From: Lama glama
Lineage: Eukaryota
Reading direction: 5' to 3'
Assembly (NCBI GenBank): GCA_028534125.1
Contig: CM052849.1
Span: 20,274,001-20,338,000, forward strand
DNA: 64,000 nucleotides
Position numbers and translations under genes: made by a program
Part shown: in pieces, positions 48,561-61,900 of the stretch
Numbering within the stretch: the first letter of the stretch is position 1
Layout: each line of letters begins with the position of its first letter
Notes under the pieces: generated by a model
Seen by the model: the letters and a program-made list of their open reading frames with translations, nothing else
What the model was told of the DNA's origin: nothing
Databases searched by the model: none

Positions 48561-50379
48561 CGAGTTTGCTCCGTTGAGGGTGTTGAGGGCAAGGGAGCCA
48601 GCCTCCCAGTTCGCATTAGGCATGAATCTTGGCCCTGTTCCGTGACCCCTTCCACTGCCAGGGTGGCCAGCCTTGCCTCCCTTTGACCCTGTCCTGAGCC
48701 TGATGGGGTCCCCCCGCCGTTCCCAGGCTCGGATGTAGCCCCACCGCCTTCCCCTGCAAACCCTTCCCTCAGTATCAGCTGTTCACTGGCTAGGAAACCA
48801 TACTGAGAGGTGGCGGCAGTGGCCTCTTCCCACAACCCCTCCCCTGGGCAGCCCACCAGGCTTGGAGCCTCCTCCTCTGGACCTGGAAGATTTAGATCAG
48901 ATTTTCTGGGTCTTGCCACTCCCAGGACCCCAGGAAGCCAGATGAGGGCGCGAGGGGACCAGTAGATTAAGCAGATTGTTCCTGAGGCTTCCACCCCTGC
49001 AGCTGCCCTCACTTGCTCAGAGGAAGGGATGGGGCCAGGGTGCTCGGCTCCCTGCCCGACACCCAGCCCGCTGCCTTCTCCTAAAGGGGTGCTGGTGGAG
49101 CCCCTCTCCCAGGCCGCTGGCGTTCGGGAGTTCCGGTGGATTTCAGGCCGGTGCAGGGATTTGGACGGCATGCGCAGCCCCATGGTTGGCAGGACTTGGC
49201 CACAGGTTCTGGATGAGATACAGGCTCGGGCCGCCCCCACCCAGCTGCCCCCGCCCAGCTGCCCCAGCCCTCACAGCCATCTGGGCGGGCGCAACCACAG
49301 CCCCTGCTTCCTGCATGGAGACTCCTGGGGACCCCACTGCCACTTCCTCCCAGCCAGACTGCTCTGAAGTTAGGGTGTCTGTGTCCACCTCCTCCGGGCC
49401 CTGGGGTTTCCTGGATCCCCTCCTGAGGTCATTAAGTCTCTAGGTCTGGGCTAGGTGGCAGTAGAGCCAGGCCCCCACCTTCAGCTTTGAGGGGCCCAGG
49501 TCAAGGGTTAATGGGGCTCAGGTCCACATAGCCAGGCTGTGGAGCTCCCAGCCCAGCCAAGTTCATTTATCAGACCCTGTGCTGTTCTGAAGTTTCCTGC
49601 TGCCCACCCAGAGTAAACGGGTCAGGCACACTCCTCCCAGCTTGGACCTCCATGCCTCCTCCTCTCCCTGCTCCCCTGTGGTCCGCCGGCCCTCAGGAGG
49701 GTCACCCAGCCCCACACGCTGTGAGAGGCACTGGGCAGGGGACGTGGGTCCCCAGCCTGGAGCCCCCAGAGACAGCCGATCCCTGTTGTCCGGCTCAGTA
49801 GGTGAAGAGCAGAGGTTGCTGCCCCGGCCCCAAGAGATCCCCCCACCCAGGGAAGGCCAGGACCCCTCCTCCCTTGTGCAGGAGAAGCCTTCCTGCCTCC
49901 TGTCCCCAGTTTGCCGGCAGAGGGCGGTCTCTGGTGGCCTTTGGAGGAATGACAGCCTGGAGCATCACACTGGAGGTGCGGGAAGGCCGCGAGACCAACA
50001 GGGATTTGTGGAGAGGAGGGGGGACTCCCTTGTGCCTCACTCTGCAGACCGCCTCGGAGGCCCACTGACGCTGGATATTCAGATCCAGGGCTGCCAGTGA
50101 GGAGAAGGGCCCCTTTGTAAGTGTGACCCAGCTTCTGCCAGACAGAGCCGTGCCCAGCGGGCCTCTTGAGCCCTGGCTGGCCCCTGGGAGGGGCTCACCC
50201 AGCACAGCCTGCGGAGCATTAGCGCGTGAACAAAGCACCGGATTGAGGCCCGCTGCGCCTCCCTGATGGTGGGCTTTCCGGCGCGGTGGAGTGGGACAAA
50301 AGAACCTCCGTGCCCTCCGGGGGCTGAGCCTCCAGGCCTGAGCCCGCTTTCATTCTTTTATTTTTGAGTAGCCAATACC

Positions 50380-50900
50380 CACAGGAAGATACTCAGGCCG
50401 TGCAGAAGCAGACGCAGGGTCCATCAGCACCCTGATTTCCTGAGGAAACTTGCAGAGGCTGTCTGGGCACAGAAAAGGTCAGGGGACCGCGGACCCTTAT
50501 TCTTATGGATGGCAACCTGCTGCCCAGTGTCATGGGCCGTGCTGCTTTCACTTCGCCATCTGTCCTGGAAGATGGTCTGTGTTGGAACATCCAGACTTAC
50601 CTGGCTCTTTTTGTCCACCGTCGCCTTTTATTGCAAGGATGTCACATCCATTAGCCAGATCCCGGCACCGACAGACGTGCGGGCTGTTCCTAATACTTGG
50701 CCATAGCCAGGAGCTGCCAGGGCCGCCTGGGTACTGTGGCGTGAGTATGTGCGGGACCCAGCCCCAGGGAGCACCTAAGGCGTCGTGTGTTGGCAGATTT
50801 GCCGGCCTGTCCTCTAAAGCTTCTCCTCCGGCTTCTGTCCCAGCCTCAACGTCAGTGTGTCCTTGTGCCTCGTACCTCATGTGTTGGCAGATCTTTTGAT
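50380..50900 (-). mobile_element. Old L1ME-like fragment
   Basis: Weak antisense L1 3' motifs; highly diverged. Confidence 0.35.
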
Positions 50901-52089
50901 CTCCAGCGCCCAGGCAGTGGCGGTGGTTTGTGGCTGAGGTTGTGTGAGGTTGGCTGTGGGTAAGCCGGGTCCTCAGTGGCCCAGGGGGCTGGGCAGGGGC
51001 TGGGTGATGTGGGGGGGGGCAAGGGGAGCCAGGACCTTGGAGCACCTGTGAGCACGTGTTCTCTCCTGAGGAGGGAGAGAGGGTGGCAGGGCTGACAGTC
51101 ACCCTGGCCTCAGCCAGTAGCCTCTAGGTCCCTGCACCTGAGCGCCAGAGCCCAAGCCTCCAGGCCCTCCGTGCACTCAGAACCCGTGTCAGGCCTGGCT
51201 TGGGGCCAGGAATATCCCTCCTGGCTGCAGGCAGAGAAGCCGACCGAGCGCACGGCCTCAGCCAAGACCAGGGGAGCTTGAACTTAACGTGAAGGTCCTA
51301 GGACCCAGCGAGCCCCCTCCCCACCTCCCCCACGCCAGAGGCATGTTGTCAACAAGCGAGTTCACTTCCAGGACACTCACTGCCTTCAGCGTCTGGAGGA
51401 CTAAGAAGTCTTTGTGGTGCCTTTGTGTGGGGGCCCGTGTGGCTTGGGCATAACCATGCCGGGCGCCTGTGGGGTGAGCCCCAGGAGTGCGGGCTCTGAC
51501 TAACAGGCCAGCAGCCAGCCTGGCGGCGTAGGAGGTGTCGTTTCTCCTCCATGTGGCCCCTCGACACGGAAGGGCCCAGGAACCAGCCTCTGGGCGTGGA
51601 GCCCAGGCCGCTGCTCCCAGCCTGGGCTCTGAGTGCTGGCCTCCATCTCCTCGCCTGTGAAATGGGACCATGAGAACAGGGCAGTTGGGATGTCAGCTGA
51701 GTGATGCCCCTGAATTGCGCACATCCTGCCGGACGTAGGCTGCCTTCACGGTCTGAGGCCGGGGTGTGGGGAGGAGACTGGGAGGATTCAGGGGCCCATC
51801 AGGGTGCTCCCTGACTCAGTACCTTCCTCGGGAATTCTCGGGGTGCTTTGAACATACATGGCTTTTCCCTTTTGCTTAACGGTGGCTCTGAGCTTCCGGT
51901 GCAACGCTCCAGGTGCAGGGTCTGTGCCACACGTGAAGGGTGACAGATGCATCTGCCACGTTGTAGCCGACAGCCTGCTGTGTCTCTCCCAGGCCCCGCC
52001 CAGCTCTCAGGAGGAGTGAGGCAGTGGTCTGAGCAGGATGCCGAGCCCACCGTCCCGCCTTACCTGGCCGCCCACCCACCCTTCCCATC

Positions 52090-52440
52090 CTCTCATCCCT
52101 CTGTGCTCCAGCCCCACCACCTCCTTTCCCAGGCTCCCTGAACTTCGCAGGTCGGTTCCTGCCACAGGGCCTTTGCACCTGCTGTTCCCACTGCCATGAT
52201 TTCTCATCTCAGCTCATCACCTGGCCAGGTCCTTCTCATGTTTCAGGTCCCTGGGTGATACCACCCCCCCAACACCTTTTTAAGGAGCCCTCCACCCCAT
52301 CTCACGTTCCTGGTAGCACAGTGGTCACGGGAACAGACCCTGCAGCCAGCCAGCCTGGGTTCCAAGCCCGCCTCTGCCCATGCTGGCTGTGTGACTGTGG
52401 CAAGTGTCCTGGCCTCTCTGCGCCCCAGGTTCCTCGTCAG
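52090..52440 (+). mobile_element. L2 fragment followed by a MIR fragment
   Basis: 'ctgccacagggcctttgcacctgctgttccc' (L2); 'cctgggttccaagcccgcctctgcc...gctgtgtgactgtgggcaagt' (MIR). Confidence 0.65.
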
Positions 52441-55400
52441 GACCCACCGTGTTACTTATTAGGTGCCTACTGCATGCCAAGTGTGGACTGAGCCCTGCAG
52501 ACCGCGTGCCCCGTCCTCACGGCCTTGCCCTAAGGGGCAGGTGGGTGACTGGGCGGCCTTCAGTGATGCTGACTGTTGTCATCACTCGTCACAGTCATTA
52601 ACCCTGACATCACCCTCATCTCGCAGCACCTACTTCCAGGTTCACTTGCTTACCACTGGTCTTCCTTACAAGACCGTCCCCGGGGTGGTGGATAGCAGGG
52701 CGGGGTCTCCCTGGGTCTTCACTGACCCCTCAGCCCACGGCACAGCAAGCCCTGGGTGGGGTGTGGGGTGGACAGACGATGCTGGACAGGAGGATGCTGG
52801 GCGTGAGGTTACCCCAACCGCCAGCAGCCCCCAGGGGAAGACCCGCCCTGCGGGGGTCCCACAGCTCCTTTTCCTCTGGATCTTTAGAGCCCAGACCCCC
52901 AAGCGAGCCAGACAAAGCCTGCAGCCAGAGCCGCGCTCTGTGAGGTGGCCATGGGCCCTCTTCCTCATTTACACGGGAGGTGATGGTGAGCCCGGCCTCG
53001 TGGGTGCTGAGGGGTGAGCAAGTGAAGGAGCAGGGGTGCGCGCAGCGGGCGCTATTGGGACTTACTTGGGCCCGGGGGCAGGTGCTCTAAAGCCACCCAG
53101 CCCCCGATGTGCTTGGCTGTGCCCCAACGGTGGCCCTGAGCCTGTTTCCTCATCTGTGCAGTGGGACTGATGACACCTGTGTCCAGACCCACCGTGAGGC
53201 CAGAGGTGTCCAGTTAGAGCTAGAACGTGAAGGGGGAGGGCCGGCAGTTCAGCCTTCTGTCCCCGCGGTCCTTGCAGAGCTGGCTCCACGCTGGCCCCTC
53301 AAGATGCATCAGGGACCATGGATGTGCCCTCCACCCAGTGCCAGCGGGCGGGCAGCTGTCCGGGGTCACAGCTGGCTTCACTCCAGTCCTGCTCCCACTG
53401 CCAGCACGTCGAGCTGACCATTCTGTGCCTCCACTTGCCCACCTGTCAAAGGGGACGGCAGTGCCAGGCCTGGGGCCACGGGGAGGACCGGAGGAGACAC
53501 GGTGCGCAGTCGGTGGCACAGCCTCCCCTCAGCCCACGGGTCCGCCCGTCAGCGGAAGGCTTGCTGAGCGCCCTTGGAGCCTGGCCCGGGGCTGCAGCGG
53601 CGAAACGAAGCAGGTGCCTGCCCTCGGACGGCTGCCCTGCTGGGGCGGCCCCAGTGCGAGGCAGCTCTGCGGGGCGACGGCCCCTCCCCAAGCTCTGCGC
53701 AAGTCACGAGGGAGTTTTATGGTGTGCAGGTTAAACAGCGTTAAGCAGCGTGAGCGCTGTAAACAGATGCACGTTGTACCAACCAGCGATAAAGGATGCG
53801 AGGAAAACGAGACCCAGCGGGCGCGGGCCAGGCCTCTGTGGGCAGGGCCAGTGCCCCCACTTCCTGCCAGGGCCTGGGGCAAGGCACCCACCTCTCTGGG
53901 CCTCAGTTTCCCATCTGCAGTAATGACTCAGCTCATGGGAGTCCTTGGAATTATCCATGGTGGGGCAGCCCTGTGGGTTTGGGGCTCCCCTCCTGTTCTC
54001 ACCCCTGTCCGCCTCCCTTCCACCTCCTGGAAGGTTCACCCTTCTCCCACACAGTCTCGTTGCCCCGGAGACACAGTCGCCATGGCGATGGCGGAGGGAG
54101 GACGGGTGTGTGCGCACAGGAAGGGGCTGGCCGGGGCGACCCGTGGACTCTGTAGGTGCTGGGGGCTGGGACAGGGCTGAGGACACCTGGGGAGCAGGAG
54201 GTCTGGGCCCCCACCCCAGGAGCCATCCTGCTGCGTTAACACTTCCACCCCCTCCCACCCTGTTGGCCCCTCTAATGTTCCAAAGTGTATTAACTACCAG
54301 GAAAATCATTCCACCCTGGCCACTGGGAGTGTGCATGTCTCCTCTGAAGACTGGCATGCGCTGGCGAGTCGAGGGAGAGACAGACAGGCAGACAGACGCC
54401 TCCCCGCTCCGTGGCTCGAGGGCTGATGGCTCCTCCCCGGCGGGGATGAGGGCTTCTTGTTGTGGACACTTGTGTTTCCACCAGACTTGGGACAACAGGG
54501 TGCCTCAGGGCCGGGCGAGGGTCCCTGTGGGCTCTTCAGGCCCACCTGCCAGCACCCTCCCCAACCCACCAGGGGCAGGTCCTTGTCAGACACCTCCTGA
54601 GGGTTTCCCTGATGCGCTGGGGCCCCCCACTCCAGCTTGTCCTGGAATCCATGCAGAAGCCCGCCCCAGGGAGGAGCCGGGCTGGGCAGGGGCGTGAGTG
54701 GTGGGGACTGGCTTTGTGCCGGGGAGCAGGGCGTCTGCTCTGGGGGCAGGTAGGATGTCTGAGACTGAGGACAGGCCCCCAAGCCCAAGCCTGAGGGGAG
54801 GCGGGCCCCTCCCTCCCCTGCCAGCCCCCCAGATTTGGTCCCATTCTTACGGTCCTGCTCTGGCAGGGGCTGCAAGCTACAGTGCTCCCAGGGCCCGGGC
54901 AGGAGTGTCTGTCCCCAGGCCCACGCCCTTAGCCCTGCCCTTCTCCTACAATTTGACGCAGAGCCTGGCCACTCAGACCTGTGCTAAAACCCCCTGCTTC
55001 TCGATGTGGGCACACATTTCAAAACCACCTCAAATGCTCTTGAGGCCTGAAGCCCAGAGACGTGTGTGGCCTCCCGGCTGGGCTGCCCAAAAACCAGAGG
55101 GAGCAGCTCCTCTGTGAACCCCATGGAGCCCTGCGAGGGGTGGGAGCAAGGGACTGCTCAGTTCAGACACCCAACTGTTACTGTAGCCTTCAGGGGACAA
55201 CCAGGAGGTAGGTGGTTCTCCAGTGGTATCTGAGCCCTGGCCTGCCCAAAGCAACTGGCCTGGGTGGGGAAAGGCTCCCGTCTGGGTGAGCCATTACCTG
55301 GTTAGGGGGATGGGGACCAGCATCCTCACCCAGCTTCATCTATGGTCTGAGGAAATCCCCGAGGACTTCCCAGAGGAAGCAGCCATGGTGCTGGGAGGCA

Positions 55401-57006
55401 GGCCTGCTCTAACTACAAGGCTCTGGGCCTGTGATCTTAACAAAGAGTTGTGAAATGTGTGCGTGTGTGTGTGTGTTCTGACTTTCGGAAAGAACACTGC
55501 AGAATTAGAACTTTCAGGTGCCTGTAAAACTTGGAAAAAAAAAAAAGTGTAGCCACAAATACACATTTTAACACGAATGCTCTCTTGGGCATCTCCGGCG
55601 CCCGGACAGTGAATAGCCATGGGACGTGCTCTGTGAATCCTGTTGATGGCTGCCGTTGTTTGTAGTGACATGAAGGGGGCCTCCCAGAAAAAAGGGCCCT
55701 CAGGATGGCAGAGCCAAGAGGAAAGGGCATCTCCGGCCAGTGTCCTCCTTCTTCTGAGCCGTGTGCCACCTGCCCCCTGGGAGGAGCTGCCCCTCTGATC
55801 AGCAGTGTCCACTGGGAGCTTCCCCCGGTTGCTGGTCACTGAGTAGTCATGTCCAGCTGCCAGTCCTGCCCAACAGCCTTTCAGGGGTCCCTAGACCCGA
55901 GGGGGTCTCCAGGGTCCCCAGATTCTGCATATTCTGGTGGGCCTCCTGTCAGAACATGGGGAGGAGGTAAAGGAACAGAGAGAACCCCAGGAGGGACTCA
56001 GGGTTTCCTGGAAAGGAAGGAAGCTAGCTGAGTCTCTGCAGTCATATGCAAATTATATGCAAATCACCAAGCCCCCTCCTGATCAGTTGAGGCCCCTGGG
56101 AATTCCTGGGTTGGGAATTTACAGGCAGGGGCTGCAAACTCAAAAGCTTCTGGGGGCCCTGCAGGTAGCATAAACGAATCAAGAGGATTTTATAAATGTC
56201 CCCAAAAACAAAAAAAGGCCTGCATGTTGGTGCATTTCTTGAAGCCTGGCCTGGGAGGGGGCGTGGCTCAGAATGTCCTGAAAACCCTGCCTTCCAGCCA
56301 CCTGTGGGTCCTCCCCGGCTGGCTGGTGAGCCCACCCCTGGCACCATGTCCATGTGGCTGAGTGCTTTTCATGGGGTTGTCACACAGCCTGGGAAGTGGC
56401 CATGAGCGCCATCTGGCGCCCCGCCGGGGCCCCCACGGATGGCATTGGTGCCTCCCCGTCCCCGGGGCCCCAAATAGCTGGTGAAGGTGACTGGGGCTTG
56501 AGAATAGGGCTCTCTGTGCCCAAGGTTGCCCTCCACTCCTGCTTCCTGTTTGGCTCAGGGGATCCCCGCGGGGGCACTTTTCAGCAGAGCTATCCCCTGA
56601 CAGCGCCACATGCGCTTTATAGAGAGAGCACCTGTGCCGGGGCTGGTGGGAGCACTTCCACATTGTCACCCACATGTGTCCTCACAGCCTCTCGACATCC
56701 ACAGGTGAGGCAGCAGCCCAGAGGGGCGAGTCACTTACCTCAGCTGCAGCAAGGAGGTGGCTAGGTGGGACTTGGACCCAGGCAGCCTGGCTCCAGACTC
56801 CAGACTACGTGAACATGCAGCTCATGACTAGATGCCGTTGCCCTACTCAGCGTGGGTTTCAGACCTCGGGTTGTCAACTGCTGCCTCACAGGCCAGCTCA
56901 GGACCTGAATTTGGCACTCCAAATGTTTAATAAATAACCTTACTAAAATTTCACTTTCTTAAGTGTCCCCTGGGCACTCTGCTGCCTCAGGAGGAGTGAG
57001 GTGGGC

Positions 57007-57070
57007 AGGCTGCCATGAGCAGTTGTACAGGTTGTGCACTGCTCAAGCTCACCCCACCTGAAGAGCATTA
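57007..57070. mobile_element. MER91-like hAT fragment
   Basis: 'caggctgccatgagcagttgtacaggttgtgcactgctcaa'. Confidence 0.5.
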
Positions 57071-57274
57071 GGTTTATGAAGACATTTCAGCAACCAACTG
57101 TAAAGTAACTGAAGGGAGGGGCAAGAGATGCCCTGTGGGCCAAGGGGCCAGGGCTGGGGTGGTGCTGATCGGGGATGGGCGAGACCTGCCCCTCACAGGG
57201 ATGGGCCCTGGGCAGGGGGCTCTTTTGTGGGGCCCAGTCCCCACCTCCACCCTCACTCTGCTCTCTGCCCGCAG

Positions 57275-57407
57275 GAGTGGCTGAGCAAGTTCGGCTACCT
57301 GCCCCCAGTGGACCCCACGACAGGGCAGCTGCAGACACAGGAGGAGCTGTCCAAGGCCATTGCCGCCATGCAGCGGTTTGGAGGCCTGGAGGCCACTGGC
57401 ATCCTGG
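57275..57407 (+). CDS. MMP17: MMP17 exon 2 (propeptide)
   Basis: ctgcccgcag|GAG TGG...CTG G|gtcagt; EWLSKFGYLPPVDPTTGQLQTQEELSKAIAAMQRFGGLEATGIL. Confidence 0.96.
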
Positions 57408-58125
57408 GTCAGTCCTTGGGGTGCAGTGGGAGACGGGTGCTGCGCCTGGGTCCTCCTGATCCTGCCTCCAGCCTGCCGTGGTGGGTGGGGTTAGGGCCAG
57501 GATGGAGGATTCCTGCCACGTGGGGACCCCTGCGTCGTCCCTTCCCCATCCCACAGTGTGGGCACAGTGGTAGGTGAGTGTGTGCCAGCGCCAAGACCGC
57601 ATCTCCACACTCACAGCCAGGTCTCAGTGCCATGGCCACGGGCCAGCTGTGGGGTGGGGGAGGTCTGGCCACCCACGCCCCAGGTGACTCTTGCCCTGGT
57701 GGGAGTGCCAGCCCTGTGCTGTCAAAACCCCAGCTTTCCAAGAGAAACCAGAAATCTGGGGTGTTTCTGTGAGCACCCCACTTTATTTTTATAAAGACCC
57801 TCTGCAAGGCTGGCTGATTGAGACCCATCTGTTCCCAGGCCTCCCAGGAGTAGACATGTGTGACACACAGAGCTGGTCAGGTGTGTGTCCCGTGAGACAC
57901 AGGAAGCATTGGCTACACGGGCCCAAGCTGGGGTCGTGTCCCTCTGGCTGCTCAGGGCCACCAGTTAGTCGATGCTCTGAATGACCCCACCCTGGTCCGT
58001 GGACATCCCCCCGCAGTGTGGCCTGAGGCAGCTGGAGGCCCAGGCCTCGCCCCCCCACCCCTAGACCTGGTACATGGAGTCCCAGGTGAGCTGGGCCTGG
58101 CTCCTGACCCCCGCCCGCCCTGCAG

Positions 58126-58255
58126 ATGAGGCCACCCTGGCACTGATGAAAACCCCGCGCTGTTCCCTCCCTGACCTCCCAGCGGCGGCCCCGGCTCGAA
58201 GGAGGCGCCAGGCTCCAGCCCCGACCAAGTGGAACAAAAGAAACCTGTCGTGGAG
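58126..58255 (+). CDS. MMP17: MMP17 exon 3 (cysteine switch and furin site)
   Basis: gccctgcag|AT GAG...TGG AG|gtgggt; PRCSLPD cysteine switch at 58155-58175, RRRR convertase site, KWNKRNLSWR. Confidence 0.97.
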
Positions 58256-58319
58256 GTGGGTGGGTGGGCTCCCCCAGACAGGGCCTTCCCAGGGGCCTGA
58301 ACTTTGGGGTGAGGAGGGG

Positions 58320-58720
58320 AAGCTGAAGTAAACACCCACAGACGAGGGTTTAAGAGACGGGAATTGGTCGTCTCAGCTCTGGAGACCAGAAGTCTGAGAT
58401 CCGTGGTCGCAGGGCTGGTCCCCTAGAGGCTCAAAGGGAGAGTCTGGCCCTGGCCTCTGCCCAGATGCTGCCGGCAACCCTGGGCCCAGTGGCTCCAGTC
58501 CCTGTTCCCGTCTTCACGTGGCCTTCTCCTTTCATGTCTGTGTCCTCTTCTGTCTCTTATAAGGACACTCACTCTGTTTAGGGGCCACCGTAACCCAGGA
58601 CACCTCATCTCCACCCTCGCCTTAATTGTATCTGCAAACACACTTCCAAATAAGGTTCCCAGTGCCCGGGGTGTCCCAGAAGCACAGCTTAGCCCGGGGC
58701 GGGGGCACTGGACCCATCCC
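58320..58720 (-). mobile_element. MaLR LTR (MLT1B/C-like) filling most of MMP17 intron 3
   Basis: 'ctggagaccagaagtctgagatc...tcttcacgtggccttctc...tcttataaggacac...tatctgcaaacac...ttccaaataagg'. Confidence 0.8.
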
Positions 58721-58763
58721 CATGACCCACCCCCATCTCTGGCCCCGCCTGCCCCCGCCCCAG

Positions 58764-59047
58764 GGTCCGCACATTCCCGCGGGACTCGCCCCTGGGCCGC
58801 GACACGGTGCGGGCGCTCATGCACTACGCGCTCAAAGTCTGGAGCGACATCACGCCCCTGAACTTCCACGAGGTGGCGGGCAGCGCCGCCGACATCCAGA
58901 TCGACTTCTCCAAGGCCGACCACAACGACCGTTACCCCTTCGACGGCCCGGGCGGCACGGTGGCCCATGCCTTCTTCCCGGGGGACCACCACACCGCAGG
59001 GGACACCCACTTCGACGATGACGAGGCCTGGACGTTCCGCTCCTCGG
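58764..59047 (+). CDS. MMP17: MMP17 exon 4 (catalytic domain)
   Basis: cccgccccag|G GTC CGC...TCG G|gtgcgt; ...DHNDRYPFDGPGGTVAHAFFPGDHHTAGDTHFDDDEAWT. Confidence 0.97.
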
Positions 59048-59954
59048 GTGCGTCCTGCTGAGCGGGGGCGGTGCCAGGGACCCTGTGTAGCCCTGGGCCC
59101 CCCACAGACCCCACGAGGCTGTCGGGAGCCATGCCAGCCCACCAGGATGAGGAAGCCGCCGTAACCTCCCTCCGGTCCAGGCGCCCTGGCCCAGAGCTCT
59201 GGGCCTCTGTCTAGCTCAGGAGGTCAGCTCTGCCGTTTAGTTTAGGCTGACGTCCCCAGCCGTCTCTGCCTGGCTGGGCTCGTGGGCCTGGGAGGGCAGG
59301 GAGACCTGACTCCATGAGGCAGGCCTGTCCTCATCCCGGCCTCTGCTTCCAAGAGGGAGCAGAAGCATGCAAGGTCTCTGCAGGCCTGGGCGCGTCATCA
59401 CCTCTGCTAAGTCCCACTGGCCAAGGAAGTCGCAGGCCCCCCGGTTCGGGCAGGGGGTGATCAGAGCCACGCGGCATTGGGCAGGGGAGACAGAGCCCTC
59501 GTGGAGCTGGTCTGCGTGGCAGCCCGGGGAGCCCAGCCCAGGTGGAGAGACCAGCTCTCTCGGCCAGGATGGGAGCCCAGGTCCCTCCTGCAGGGCCTGG
59601 GGGATCTGTTCAACACTGTGAGGTTCAGGGCTCCCTGTAATGTGGGGTCCCGATGGCCTGCAAGGCCTGAAATACCACCACGTGGCCTGTACAGAAAAGT
59701 TTACCAAGTTTACCGTGAGCAGCAGCTGTAGTTGGCAGGGGCACCAAGAGACCCCAGGACCAGAGAAGCCCCTGGAGGCCCCCTAGGGCCTCATGGGAAC
59801 CAGACAAGCCCTGAGTGACTACAGAATCTGCTGGTCCAGAACCAGGGTCTCCTGTGTGACCCACACAGCACACCACCACACCCCACCCCACAGGTCCCCG
59901 CACCAGCCAGGGCTGGAGGTTGTTCCCATGGCTCACTGGCTCCTGTGTCCCCAG

Positions 59955-60131
59955 ATGCCCACGGTGTGGACCTGTTCGCGGTGGCTGTCCACGAGTTCGG
60001 CCACGCTATCGGGCTGGGCCACGTGGCGGCCACGCGCTCCATCATGCAGCCATACTACCAGGGCCCGGTGGGCGACCCGCTGCGCTACGGGCTCCCCTAT
60101 GCGGACAGGGTGCGCATCTGGCAGCTGTACG
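59955..60131 (+). CDS. MMP17: MMP17 exon 5 (zinc-binding motif, Met-turn)
   Basis: gtgtccccag|AT GCC...TAC G|gtgagt; [11 protein letters not shown] (59990-60022) fits HExxHxxGxxH; SIMQPYY Met-turn. Confidence 0.98.
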
Positions 60132-60524
60132 GTGAGTCACCCCCCCAAAGCCAGGTACAGGTCGCTCGGGGCGGGGCAGTGGTGCTGGGGACCCCCAGAG
60201 CACAGAACCCCACATTCAGCGCCGCACGCTCAGCATCTCAAACCCGCCTGGCGCATCCTGCTCTGTAGCACGGGTGGACTGAGTTAGTGGGTGAGTTCTG
60301 TCACCAGGGGTCCCTGGGAGCTGGGGCCCCACTGGCCTTTACCCGGATCTCTCAGAGCCCCGGGCGAGATCCCACATTCAGCCCCCAAGTCATTTCTGGT
60401 TGTGACAGCCGACGTCGGTGGCCTGGTGCACAGCACTTACAAGTATTAAGTCGTCCAGTCCTTACCACCTGTGAAGTGGGTCCTACAGCCCCCAGACCTC
60501 ACCACCCTCCGACATCTGTGGGCT

Positions 60525-61030
60525 TTTCTTATTGTAGTAAAATTGCCTTTTTAACCATTTGAAAGCAAACGATTCCATGACATTTGGCACACTCACAGCG
60601 CTGTGCAACCACCACCTCCAGAACTGTTTCATCACTGCCTCCCCGCCACCCATCAGCAGTCACTCCCCACCTCCCGCCCCTGGCAAACACTCATCTCCTG
60701 ACTCTTCGGATCTCCTATTCCAGACGTCTTGTGTAAATGGAATCATACAATGGGTGGCCTTTTGTGTCGGCCTCTTCCAGTTAGCGTGTGTTTTCAAGGG
60801 CCATCCCTGTCACCGGTTGGATGCGTCAGTAATTCGTTCCTTTTTACAGCTGGATCATTGTATTTATCCATTCTTCCGCTGATGGACATTTGGGTTGTTT
60901 CCACCTTCGGGGCCATTCTCAATAATGCTGTGATGCACAGTCACGTGCAAGTTTCTGTTTGAACACCTGTTTTCTGTTCTCTTGGGTCTGTACCCAGCAG
61001 CCGAGCTGGGGGGGGCTGTGTAAACACTCC
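60525..61030 (-). mobile_element. L1MB-like 3' fragment
   Basis: 'ttaaccattt...gtgcaaccaccacc...gtaaatggaatcatacaa...gatggacatttgggttgtttccac...aataatgctg'. Confidence 0.82.
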
Positions 61031-61173
61031 TTTGAGTCATTGAGGCACCTGTGTCTTCTACTCACCCCCCCCAGCCTGGTGCCCACCCACCCAGTAGCCT
61101 CGGGGCCACCCTGGGGGGCCCAGGAGGGGTGGTGGGACTTGCCAGCTTCGATTCAGCCTCTTTGTCTCCACAG

Positions 61174-61273
61174 GTGTGCGGGAGTCCGTTTCCCCCACGG
61201 CACAGCAGGGCACCCCAGAGCCTGAGGAGCCCCCCCTCCTGCCGGAGCCCCCCGACAATCGGTCCAGCATCTC
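61174..61273 (+). CDS. MMP17: MMP17 exon 6 (hinge)
   Basis: ttgtctccacag|GT GTG CGG...ATC TC|gtaagc; VRESVSPTAQQGTPEPEEPPLLPEPPDNRSSI. Confidence 0.93.
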
Positions 61274-61464
61274 GTAAGCTGTGGGCCCCTTGTCTCCATG
61301 CCAGCACCACCCCAGCAGTGGCCCAGAGCCCTGAGCTCCGGGCTCTTCTGGGCCAGCTGAGCACTGAGTGACACTGGCTTTTCTTATGTCCTTCAGACAG
61401 CACAGGGGATGCTTGCTCACCCCAGCCCAGAACCAGATTTCAAATGCATGATTCCTCTCCCTTT

Positions 61465-61900
61465 GTCCCAGCCATCTACTGCTGTGTAACAAACACCCCA
61501 GCCTCGTGGCATCGACCCCGGTGGCATTAGGTTCCCGTGTTCTGTGCATCAGCAGTTTGGACAGCACAGTTCCGGGCTGGTCTCCACTCTGCAGCGTTGG
61601 GGACAGTAGCTGGAATCGTCCAGGGGCGTCTTGACTCAGATCCAGTGCCTGGGCTGGGCTGACACGGGTGCTCCGCCAGGCACCCATCTGTGGCCTGGGC
61701 TCAAGGCTGGATGCCGAGACTAAGGGTCCCAAGGGAGCATCCGTCCGCAGGGCTGGCATTGCGGGACACCAGGTGGAAGCTGCCCCCCGCCTTTTAAGGC
61801 CCCGCCTCAGCAGTTTCTTCAGTGAGTCCTTTGGTTAAGCAGTCGGAGCCCGCCCGCTCTCAGGGGGCTGGACATAGAGCCCCCAGCCAACACAACAAGT
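61465..61900 (-). mobile_element. MaLR LTR (MLT1H-like)
   Basis: 'actgctgtgtaacaaacacccca...agctggaatcgtccaggggc...aggtggaagctgc...ccttt'. Confidence 0.55.

Noticed and set aside
48120-48686. 238-aa ORF continuing from the MMP17 ATG
   Set aside because: A consensus donor GTG|gtgagt at 48119 joins exon 2 in frame; the rest is CpG-island intron.
53227-54697. Long intronic ORFs (317 aa and 250 aa here; also 41607-42536, 34705-35553 and 48359-49240)
   Set aside because: Low-complexity Pro/Gly/Arg/Ala translations overlapping in several frames, expected in GC-rich DNA where stops are rare; no recognisable domains.
60014-60022. GLGH ending of the MMP17 zinc motif
   Set aside because: It still fits HExxHxxGxxH, so there is no sign of lost activity or pseudogenisation.
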